Notes under the pieces: model-generated
The model's database searches: none
What the model was told of the DNA's origin: nothing
Seen by the model: only the letters and a program-made list of their open reading frames with translations
Shown: piece after piece, positions 46,596 to 54,996 of the stretch
Numbering within the stretch: the first letter of the stretch is position 1
How the letters are laid out: every line of letters begins with the position of its first letter
NCBI GenBank assembly: GCA_050124795.1
Contig: JASFEO010000003.1
Span: 1 to 64,000, forward strand
Direction of reading: 5' to 3'
Length of the DNA stretch: 64,000 nt
Source: Candidatus Pacearchaeota archaeon
GTDB lineage: Archaea > Nanobdellota > Nanobdellia > Pacearchaeales > GW2011-AR1
Translations under genes and position numbers: made by a program

Positions 46596-48152
46596 ATGAC
46601 TAAAAATAATCCTGAGCAGGATAATGATATTCCTGAAATGAATCTTGACAGAAAGTATGATGAGAAGTCGAAGATTATTAATGAAAATCCTGAAGAGATG
46701 CAAAAGGAGATGGACAAGACTAAGAAGGAACTTGAGAAATTAAAAAATTTTATTGTAAAAAAATATCCATTTACAAAATCGCTTTCTGTTCTGCCTCCGC
46801 AGGCAATTCCGCGTTTTATCGAAGAGGAAGAAGTTCCAAAAGAGACTGAAAAATATATGCAGCTTTATATGATTGTTCCTGAAGAAAAATTAAAAGAGAT
46901 CCCAAAAATGAAAACTGAAATTGTTAAAGAAATTGAAAAATTAAAACAAAAGATTTGGCTTCAGATTAAAACTCCTGTTGATATTTGGGAAATGTGCCTG
47001 GATTCAAAGTTTGATTTGTCAAGCGCAATTGGGATGAGTTACCCCCTTTATGATAAGGCATTTTTAGGAGCATTGAGATTAGCTGAAATTCACAAGTCGC
47101 TTGTAATGCAAAAGTTTGAGAAATATGTTGTAAGTTATGTAATTGCAGGAAGTTTCCTAAGAGGAGATGCGACTAAGACTTCTGATGTTGATGTGTTTGT
47201 TGTGATTAATGATACTGATGTAAAAAGAATGCCAAGACTTGAATTAAAGGAAAGATTAAGAGGGATTATTGCAGGTGCTCATCTGCAGGAAGCAATTGCT
47301 TTGGCAGGGGTGAAAAATACTCTGCATATTCAGACTTATTTATTAACTGATTTTTGGGAAAGTGTTAAAGACGCAAACCCAGTTATTTTTACTTTTATCA
47401 GAGACGGAGTTCCGATTTATGACAGGGGAACTTTTTTGCCGTGGAAGACTTTGTTAAAGATGGGAAAACTAAAACCTTCGCCGGAATCAATTGATATGTT
47501 TATGAAGGCTGCGGACAGAACAAAGGAAATGATTGAGAGAAGACTTATGGATGCGATGGTGGATGTTTATTATGGAGTCTTGACTCCGTCGCAGGCTTTA
47601 ATCATGCTTTATGGCGCGCCTCCACCGACACACAAAGAAACTTTGAAACTCATGAAAGAAATTTTTGTTGATAAAGAAAAAATGCTTGAAAAAAGATATC
47701 TTAACATTTTGGAAAAAGTAATAAAACTTTACAAAGATTATGAACATGAAAGATTAAAAAAGATTTCAGGAACAGAGATTGATAAATTAGTAAAGGAGTC
47801 TGAAGATTATGTTAAGAGGTTAAAGGAACTTCGCGAGCAAATTGACAAGCGAACTCAGGAAAAAACAATTGAGCAGATTTACAAAGATGTTTTTGAATTG
47901 TTAAAAATAATTGTCGGCAAAAAATCACAAGAAAAAACAATTGAAGAGTTTAATAAAAATTTTGTTAAAAATGGCCAGTTTGCTCCGCAGGATTTAAGAA
48001 TTATAAAAGATTTAGTTAGTGCGCGAAAAGATTTCAAAAAAGGAAAACTTGATTTGCATAAAGTTGACAATGCGCGAAAAAATGCAAGTATTTTAATTAA
48101 TGATTTAATTGAATATAATCAACGTTGTGAATTAAATACTAAGAAAAAATAA
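46596..48152 (+). CDS. Nucleotidyltransferase-domain protein with C-terminal HEPN-like helical domain
   Basis: AGSFLRG...SDVDVFVVIND, then YYG...QALI...PPTHKE. Confidence 0.8.
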   Translation: MTKNNPEQDNDIPEMNLDRKYDEKSKIINENPEEMQKEMDKTKKELEKLKNFIVKKYPFTKSLSVLPPQAIPRFIEEEEVPKETEKYMQLYMIVPEEKLKEIPKMKTEIVKEIEKLKQKIWLQIKTPVDIWEMCLDSKFDLSSAIGMSYPLYDKAFLGALRLAEIHKSLVMQKFEKYVVSYVIAGSFLRGDATKTSDVDVFVVINDTDVKRMPRLELKERLRGIIAGAHLQEAIALAGVKNTLHIQTYLLTDFWESVKDANPVIFTFIRDGVPIYDRGTFLPWKTLLKMGKLKPSPESIDMFMKAADRTKEMIERRLMDAMVDVYYGVLTPSQALIMLYGAPPPTHKETLKLMKEIFVDKEKMLEKRYLNILEKVIKLYKDYEHERLKKISGTEIDKLVKESEDYVKRLKELREQIDKRTQEKTIEQIYKDVFELLKIIVGKKSQEKTIEEFNKNFVKNGQFAPQDLRIIKDLVSARKDFKKGKLDLHKVDNARKNASILINDLIEYNQRCELNTKKK

Positions 48153-48190
48153 TTTTAATTTTGTTTTTCACTTAAAAGAAATCTTCTTCT

Positions 48191-48912
48191 TTATTCAAAT
48201 CTTTTATTTACACTTTCTCTTGTAAAATAAATTCTTGGTTTTATTCCTTTTTTAGGGTTCCCGGCATAATACCCCGGAAAAAAATCTTCAAAAGGATTTA
48301 TTTCGTCGCATTCTGATTTTGCGTTTTTTAATTTTTTAATTATTTCATAACTTCCATTCATAGCTAAACCCTGCTCGCATCCACAGGCATGCAATACTTC
48401 GTGTTTTGCAACTCCGACAGGTCCGCGGGAAAACCCCTGGTCTGCAGAAAGATACATTAAAGAATGAGTCATAGTATCGACTGCCCCTGAAATTTCCGGC
48501 AATAAGGATAAACCCCATAAATAATCCCCCAGATTTTTTTCAACAAGATATAAATTTCTATCACATGGTTTTTCAATTTTCGCCCCGCCCATGATAATTG
48601 AATCAAAAATGCTTTTGAAAAAAAATCCCCCTCTTTTAAAATCTCTTATCCATGCTACTTCAGGTTTTATGGCATAAGCTTCTAATTCTTCTTTCATTCC
48701 ATTAAAAATCTTTTCTACTTTTTTATCTGAGACACCTTTTGTTTTATAGACTCCGAATCTCAAATGCATTTCAGGACCAAAGTCAATTGAGTCTTTTAAT
48801 TTGTGATTTTCAAAACCCATTGTGGAACATCCTGTAATTAATGCGCTAGTTAGCAATAAACCTGGTTTCAAAAAATCTCTTCTTATATTTTATTTTCAAT
48901 ATTTTCTTTCAT
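48191..48912 (-). pseudogene. Tat-lipoprotein zinc metallopeptidase with a frameshift in the signal peptide
   Basis: ATG 48912 frame reads MKENIENKI*; shifted frame reads RRDFLK...ITGC; HEVLH motif. Confidence 0.65.
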
Positions 48913-49031
48913 TTTTTAATAAACATTTTCATTAATGGAAATTTATAAACTTTTCCTTTTTGTTACTACTATAATGTTATTATTTTATTGCTCTCCAAAA
49001 CTTATTTAATCTATTTTAATCTTTAAATTAA

Positions 49032-50108
49032 ATGGCAAAATACTTATTCATCTTGGGAAGAAATATTGAATTGTCTTTAGCAGAACTAAAATCTGTTTTA
49101 GGAGAATTTGAATTTGTAAAAAACAAAAACGCAATACTAACTGAACTTGAAAGTTTAGATGAAAACATAATTGACCGGCTTGGGGGGGTAATTGCAATTG
49201 GCAAAGTTATTTGTAATATAAATGAATTAGAAAATAAAGAAATTTATTTCGGTGCAAAAAACAATTTTACATATTGTATTTGGGATTTTTCTACAGATAG
49301 TGATTTGGTTTCAGAAACATTAAAGAAAAAATTCAAACAAAATAAATTAAAAGCAAGTGAAAAAAGGATTCATGAAGAGATGCATTTGCAGGGGGAAGGC
49401 AAGGTAAAAGTTTTGAATTCAAAAAGATTGGTTGATGAAGAATATTTTGTGTTTGAAGAATCTTTTGGCAAAGTGATTAAGAAAACTAATTACAAAAGTA
49501 TTGAAGAGCGGGACATGAAGAAGCCTCATCGTCGGGAATCACTTTCAATTTCTCCCCGCTTAGCAAAAATAATAATTAATTTGCCAGGTGCAAAAAAAGG
49601 TGAAACTTTGTTGGATGGGTTTTGCGGAGTTGGTGTTGTTTTGCAGGAAGCACTTTTGCAAAATATAAAAGTTGTTGGAATTGATAAGGACAAAGATGCA
49701 ATCAGTTCTGCGAGGGAGAATTTAGAATGGTTTAAATTTGAAAAACAAAATTATAAATTAATTTGCGATGATTCAGCAAAAGTTAAGATTGGGAAAGTTG
49801 GCGTGATGGTGAGTGAACCTGATTTTGGGAAAATTTTAAGAAAAGCTCCAACAACTGAATACGTCGCAAAAGCATTAAAAGATTTTGAGAATTTAATGAT
49901 AAGAGTAATTAATAATTTAAAAGCAAATATTAAAGGGAGAATTGTTTTCACTTGTCCTAATATTAAAACTATGAAAGGAAGAAAGAGTTGCGATTTTGAA
50001 AAGATTGTTAAAAAAACCGGTCTTGAGGTTATGGAAGGTTTTCCAATTTCTGAATTTAGAAAGAATAAAATTGTTGGGAGAGATGTTTTGGTTTTGGAAA
50101 GGAGATGA
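49032..50108 (+). CDS. Trm11/TrmG10-like tRNA methyltransferase
   Basis: SISPRLAK, LLDGFCGVG and SEPDFG. Confidence 0.85.
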   Translation: MAKYLFILGRNIELSLAELKSVLGEFEFVKNKNAILTELESLDENIIDRLGGVIAIGKVICNINELENKEIYFGAKNNFTYCIWDFSTDSDLVSETLKKKFKQNKLKASEKRIHEEMHLQGEGKVKVLNSKRLVDEEYFVFEESFGKVIKKTNYKSIEERDMKKPHRRESLSISPRLAKIIINLPGAKKGETLLDGFCGVGVVLQEALLQNIKVVGIDKDKDAISSARENLEWFKFEKQNYKLICDDSAKVKIGKVGVMVSEPDFGKILRKAPTTEYVAKALKDFENLMIRVINNLKANIKGRIVFTCPNIKTMKGRKSCDFEKIVKKTGLEVMEGFPISEFRKNKIVGRDVLVLERR

Positions 50109-50170
50109 TAATTTTAAAACTTATTTTTTATCACAATAATTCTTAAAAAGATTATAAAATAAAAAGATTT

Positions 50171-50434
50171 ATGTACAATCCGGATAAAGACATTTTGGAA
50201 AAAGACCCTGTTAATGCCATAATCCAAAAAGTTCGGGGGATTATGACTAATAAAAGAATGGAGATTTTTACAGAAGATGATTACAAAAGATATGGGGCGA
50301 TTTCTGAAGAGATTCTTTATTCAATGGAAAAAGTTCTTGATAATATTATTCTCGATCTGGGGGACGGAAATGTATCTGAAAGGTTTTATAATGAATTAAA
50401 TAGTTTATCTAAAGAAGAATTTTATCCCATATAA
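50171..50434 (+). CDS. Hypothetical protein
   Basis: TATA-preceded ORF. Confidence 0.55.
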   Translation: MYNPDKDILEKDPVNAIIQKVRGIMTNKRMEIFTEDDYKRYGAISEEILYSMEKVLDNIILDLGDGNVSERFYNELNSLSKEEFYPI

Positions 50435-50648
50435 AAACAAAAACTCTTGAAAAACTTTCTCAAGACCAACAATGTTATGATTTCGGAAATTTACTTACGA
50501 GAGGAAAGCCTCGTTTGTTAGTTTTTAAGTAAATCTCATTAGAAAATTTTTTAATTAGTAATCTTTTTAAACCACTTTTATTCATAATATTTATGGCAAG
50601 AGTAAATCCTAAAAGGATTTTCACTCATTCAATTATAGGAGTAATCAA

Positions 50649-50906
50649 ATGAAAGGAAAAGTTATTCAATTCAGGCGAGGACGAAAGACTGTTCACGAAA
50701 GGCATTTTTTAATAGAAGTGGCTGATAGTAAAACTAAAGAAGACGCTGAAAAGTTTGTTGGCAAAAATGTTGAATGGGAAAGTCCGGCTGGAAAAATTAT
50801 CAAGGGAAAAATTAAATCTGCTCACGGCAACAAAGGTGTATTAAGAGCAATTTTTGAAAAAGGTCTGCCGGGGCAAGCAATTACGACGGAGGTAGAAATA
50901 AAATAA
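50649..50906 (+). CDS. rpl35ae: 50S ribosomal protein L35Ae
   Basis: GKI..AHGNKGVLRAIFEKGLPGQA. Confidence 0.95.
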   Translation: MKGKVIQFRRGRKTVHERHFLIEVADSKTKEDAEKFVGKNVEWESPAGKIIKGKIKSAHGNKGVLRAIFEKGLPGQAITTEVEIK

Positions 50907-50907
50907 A

Positions 50908-51060
50908 ATGGCAGATTTATTAAAAGAAGATTCAATATTAGGATTAATTGATATGATAAGACAAAGGGGGGCTTATGAGGAAGCGAATTTACTTGAAGGG
51001 CTTTATCTTTTTACTAAGGATCAAAAAACGCGCGAATATAATCCGGAGGCAAATAAATAA
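50908..51060 (+). CDS. 50-aa ORFan (not in the ORF track)
   Basis: MADLLKEDSIL...EYNPEANK*; fills the rpl35ae-rpl10e gap exactly. Confidence 0.6.
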   Translation: MADLLKEDSILGLIDMIRQRGAYEEANLLEGLYLFTKDQKTREYNPEANK

Positions 51061-51606
51061 ATGGCAACACTTAGAAAAGCAAATGCATATTCAAAGAGAA
51101 AGGTTACGCCTTTTACGCGGGTGAGTAAGAGGAGGCAAAAGTCGTATATTAAAGTTGTTCCTGCACAAAAGATTGTTAAGTTTGAAATGGGAAAAAATAA
51201 TTTATTGAAATCAGGAAAACTCCCTTTTGTATTAACCTTAGTTACAGACGAGAAAGTTCAGATTCGGCACAATGCGCTTGAAGCATGCAGGCAGTATATT
51301 AATAAAAAACTTGACAAGGAATTAAATGGGCAGTATTTTTTTAAAGTTATTCCTTTTCCACATCACATTCAAAGGGAGAATAAAATGCTTACAGGCGCAG
51401 GGGCTGATCGTATGCAGACAGGAATGCAATTAGCTTTTGGAAAGTCAATGGGCAAATCAGCAATTATGAAAAAAGGCGGGAAAATATTTTTTGCTGCGCT
51501 TCCAAATCAAAAGGCAGTAACTTTCGCAAGACGAGTTTTCAAGCAGGTTAATTCTAAACTTCCCTGCAAGACAAAAATAATTTCTGAAGAAATAAAAAAT
51601 AATTAA
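51061..51606 (+). CDS. rpl10e: 50S ribosomal protein L16/L10e
   Basis: QIRHNALEACR and RENKMLTGAGADRMQTGM. Confidence 0.96.
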   Translation: MATLRKANAYSKRKVTPFTRVSKRRQKSYIKVVPAQKIVKFEMGKNNLLKSGKLPFVLTLVTDEKVQIRHNALEACRQYINKKLDKELNGQYFFKVIPFPHHIQRENKMLTGAGADRMQTGMQLAFGKSMGKSAIMKKGGKIFFAALPNQKAVTFARRVFKQVNSKLPCKTKIISEEIKNN

Positions 51607-51830
51607 ACTTTTAATTGATAATTCTCGTCATAAAATTGCCGACGATAGATCCTTGCTTCTTCTTTAGTTAAATAACCAAAATTTTCAAAACGAAAAACAG
51701 CTGCTCGAAAAATATTTTCTTTTTTTAATCTTTTAAAGTAAGGAAGTTCTCTGATTCTTTGCATTTCCGTATAATCACAAATATTTTTCTCGCTCCATTC
51801 ATTTAAATTTCCCGCAAATATTTTTTTCAT
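51603..51830 (-). CDS. Hypothetical protein
   Basis: ORF only. Confidence 0.45.
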   Translation of the reverse strand: MKKIFAGNLNEWSEKNICDYTEMQRIRELPYFKRLKKENIFRAAVFRFENFGYLTKEEARIYRRQFYDENYQLKV

Positions 51831-51895
51831 TTTTGTTAATCCTTTAGTAGTAACAGAATAGAAAGGTTTATAAAGTTTGTGTTTTGATAAATTTC

Positions 51896-52921
51896 ATGAA
51901 TTTGTATGATTATATTACAATCGGGGCAGGAGCAGTTGCAAGTGGAGTTGCGATTTATCAATATGCTACAGGTGGTTGGCCATTTGAAGAATTTCCAGAA
52001 TATGGCTGGTATATTGTAGAGTCCTGGAGAGAAAGAATCGCTACCCCAAAAGAAGGTCCGGATACTCACACCCTTATTCGTCCATTTTATAGAAAAAAAT
52101 TAGATAAAGATGGAAATCCAATAGTTGTTCCTAAGGGAGTTCAGGAAGAAGAAATCCCTAATTTAAAATTTCTTTCAGCAAAAAATTATCAGGGAACTTT
52201 AACTCTTGAATATCGTTGGTTTGTTGACACTCCTGAAGGGGCAAATGATTTTTATTTTCGTTCAAATGCAGAACCAGATCAGATTGATAATTTCATTAAA
52301 AGAAGAACCTCTCAGCTATTAGCAGGAGTAGACCCTAAGATTTTAGGATCAAAACAAGAAGAACTTTCACAATCTCTTTATTTATATTTTGATGGGGGAG
52401 AAGGAGAAAAAGGACTTCTTTACGAAAAAACAGGGGTGCATCTTGATTCCCTGAGCATTTCAGAAGTTCAGTGGGATCCTAAATCATGGGAGGTATTGAT
52501 GATGGAAGAAAAAGCAAATAAAGAAGTTGCACAGCAGGCAACTCAATCAGAAGGACCTGTAAGGAGTTGGGATGCAATCTATGCCAGACTAAAAAAATCA
52601 TCTGAAGAAAAAGGTTATAATTTCTCTGATGAAGAATTAATTCAAAGAACAGATAAGATGTATGATGATCAAAGAATCTTTGAATATACTCAAAATAGTG
52701 CAGGAGTTATTTTAGATACACGAAGAGGAGATTATCATGATAGAATTACTCCAATACCCCCAAGAAGTTCACCTCAATCACCGTCGCCAAATTCACAAAA
52801 TAGTTCACAAAATGATTCAACAGAAAGTCCTCAAGAACCAAGACCTCAAAACCTCGACGATATTATAAGAAATAGTGATAATAAGGCAAGAGTAAATTTT
52901 ATATTAAAGGATAGTGAGTAA
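51896..52921 (+). CDS. Membrane-anchored SPFH/band-7-like protein with S/P/Q-rich tail
   Basis: N-terminal TM; TLEYRWFV and GVHLDSLSISEV resemble SPFH strands. Confidence 0.55.
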   Translation: MNLYDYITIGAGAVASGVAIYQYATGGWPFEEFPEYGWYIVESWRERIATPKEGPDTHTLIRPFYRKKLDKDGNPIVVPKGVQEEEIPNLKFLSAKNYQGTLTLEYRWFVDTPEGANDFYFRSNAEPDQIDNFIKRRTSQLLAGVDPKILGSKQEELSQSLYLYFDGGEGEKGLLYEKTGVHLDSLSISEVQWDPKSWEVLMMEEKANKEVAQQATQSEGPVRSWDAIYARLKKSSEEKGYNFSDEELIQRTDKMYDDQRIFEYTQNSAGVILDTRRGDYHDRITPIPPRSSPQSPSPNSQNSSQNDSTESPQEPRPQNLDDIIRNSDNKARVNFILKDSE

Positions 52922-52976
52922 TTACTTAGTAGTAACAAACCAAAAGATTTAAATACTTGAACAACTTAAATAAATC

Positions 52977-53654
52977 ATGGCAGAAGTAATACCAATGAAA
53001 AAGAAAGAAGAATTAACTGAAAGAGATATTGCTAAAAAGACTCTTGAGTCTAAATTTTGGCAGAATATTTATGGAGCTAATAGTTATGAACTTGGTGTAA
53101 AAAATGGAGAGATAGCAGGAGACCCTGGGTTAACAGGGGCATATGATGCAGTTTTAGGAAGTGAAGAAGCTTCAAAATTAAGAGAACAAACATATGTTGC
53201 CAGAAAGAAAGCTTACGAAGAAGCAGGAATTGCAGGAGAACCGGCAATGCCTTCAAATGCAGATGTTGTTTATGGAGGGATGGGGGATATTCGAAATAGT
53301 CTTCAACTTGTTGGATTAGAGGACTTATATGAGATTATGACAAAAATAGATCCCACTATAAAAAAATATTCTCTTCCTGAAAAAGGGCTTGAATTATCTT
53401 TAGCAGATATTTATGTGAAAGCAGAGAAGGATGGAGCACTTGTTAGGGAAGAAGGAAAGGAACCAAAATTGGATTTTGAAAAATTAAGCCCGGAATATCA
53501 GGAGGCACTAATTTCATTAAATGAATTGCAAACAAGGTATCAAGAAAGCTGCCAGGAATCATTAAGAAGAGAAAGAAAAGAATCTACTCTTGAGGCATTG
53601 AGCAGGCAAAGACATGAACAGTTTCATCCTAAAGAAGAAAAACAGGCTGCTTAA
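52977..53654 (+). CDS. Hypothetical protein
   Basis: Long ORF with TATA. Confidence 0.7.
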   Translation: MAEVIPMKKKEELTERDIAKKTLESKFWQNIYGANSYELGVKNGEIAGDPGLTGAYDAVLGSEEASKLREQTYVARKKAYEEAGIAGEPAMPSNADVVYGGMGDIRNSLQLVGLEDLYEIMTKIDPTIKKYSLPEKGLELSLADIYVKAEKDGALVREEGKEPKLDFEKLSPEYQEALISLNELQTRYQESCQESLRRERKESTLEALSRQRHEQFHPKEEKQAA

Positions 53655-53659
53655 TTAAA

Positions 53660-53866
53660 ATGACAAAAAATAGAAATTTAAAACTTGAAAAAATCGCAAA
53701 ATGCGCAGGAGCTTTGTTAGTCAATGGGATTATGTATTCACTTTATTCTCTTACAACTATTTTTAATTCTTCTTTTAGAGATACTCAGGATTTAGAAAGA
53801 GGAATGGATGAAAGTTATCAGGCAATATCCGAAAAGTTTGAGAATATTCGTGGAAGATCTTATTGA
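53660..53866 (+). CDS. Hypothetical membrane-associated protein
   Basis: TAAAATGAC junction. Confidence 0.55.
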   Translation: MTKNRNLKLEKIAKCAGALLVNGIMYSLYSLTTIFNSSFRDTQDLERGMDESYQAISEKFENIRGRSY

Positions 53867-54933
53867 GGCGAAGTTCCGCTAACTAAGTCATCAACAATTT
53901 TTATCATTGTTTCTAAGAAGTCTTTTGTTCTTGCCTGCCATTCGTCGATTTCAACACCTTTTAAGTCGCTTATTTCTCCATGAACAATTTTTTTATGCAA
54001 TGCTAATAAATCCCTGTACCAGACAACATATTTCATTTTTAGTCGTCCTGTGTCAACAAAAGTTTCTTTTAATTCTTTTGGAATGAATTCCGGCGACGGC
54101 GGCAAGACATTTGCTGAGATTAATGCAGCATGCGCAGAATCAACCATCGCCCAATAAAGTCCTTCAATGCTTCCAAGTTCTGCTGCTTTGCTTCTTGCAT
54201 AATGTATTGGCGCTCTTTGAAGGCAGTCATGAATTGCTTCCGGTGTTGCCCTGATTTTTCCTTTTATTAATAAATATTTAAGTGGCTCAAAAAATCCTGC
54301 AAAGTCAATCATTGCTTCGCCATATCTTAAAACATTAATTACCGTTGGGTCCCCCTTCATTAGGTCCCCCCACCACGTTGACAATTTAACTGTGTTAATA
54401 TGCAGGTCTTTTGAATATGGATTTGCTCTTAGAATCTTGTCCAGTTCTGTTCTGTACCATGCAATGAGTTCTTCATCCCAGTTTATTGCAATATCGTCGA
54501 TAACAATTATTATGTCAATATCTGAACCTGCTTGATTCATCTGCTTTGCAACTGAACCAAATAAAACAATTGACTTAATTAACTTGTTGAATTTTTGATA
54601 AACTTTTGTTGCAAAGTCCATTGCAATTTCCTGTTCACTTTTAAACTGCAAGCTTGGAGAATTTTTTTCTATTGGTTTTTTTTGAGAAGTTTTTTTATGA
54701 ATAGTTTTTTTCACTGGCTTTTTTTCACTGGCCCTTTTTTCTGCCATGGCTTTTTTAGCTTTTTTGTAAACTTGCCAGCCTTTTTTAAAACCCATTTTTG
54801 CATATTTTTTAGGCAAGCCTTTTTTTGCTGAATGTTTTTTATGAACAATTTTTTTGTCAGGGTTTTTTTTAGCAACTTCCTTTTTATGAAAAGTTTTTTT
54901 CTTAGAATTTTTTCTAGTCTTTTTTTTCACCAT
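53860..54933 (-). CDS. Nucleotidyltransferase + HEPN-like protein with Lys-rich N-terminus (paralog of 46596)
   Basis: LFGSVAK...SDIDIIIVIDD and YWAMVDSAHAALI...PPSP. Confidence 0.8.
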   Translation of the reverse strand: MVKKKTRKNSKKKTFHKKEVAKKNPDKKIVHKKHSAKKGLPKKYAKMGFKKGWQVYKKAKKAMAEKRASEKKPVKKTIHKKTSQKKPIEKNSPSLQFKSEQEIAMDFATKVYQKFNKLIKSIVLFGSVAKQMNQAGSDIDIIIVIDDIAINWDEELIAWYRTELDKILRANPYSKDLHINTVKLSTWWGDLMKGDPTVINVLRYGEAMIDFAGFFEPLKYLLIKGKIRATPEAIHDCLQRAPIHYARSKAAELGSIEGLYWAMVDSAHAALISANVLPPSPEFIPKELKETFVDTGRLKMKYVVWYRDLLALHKKIVHGEISDLKGVEIDEWQARTKDFLETMIKIVDDLVSGTSPQ

Positions 54934-54996
54934 CTTTTCTCAATAACAAAACGCATTACTTGTTTTTAAATTTATTGAAATCACTAATGTGATTTT

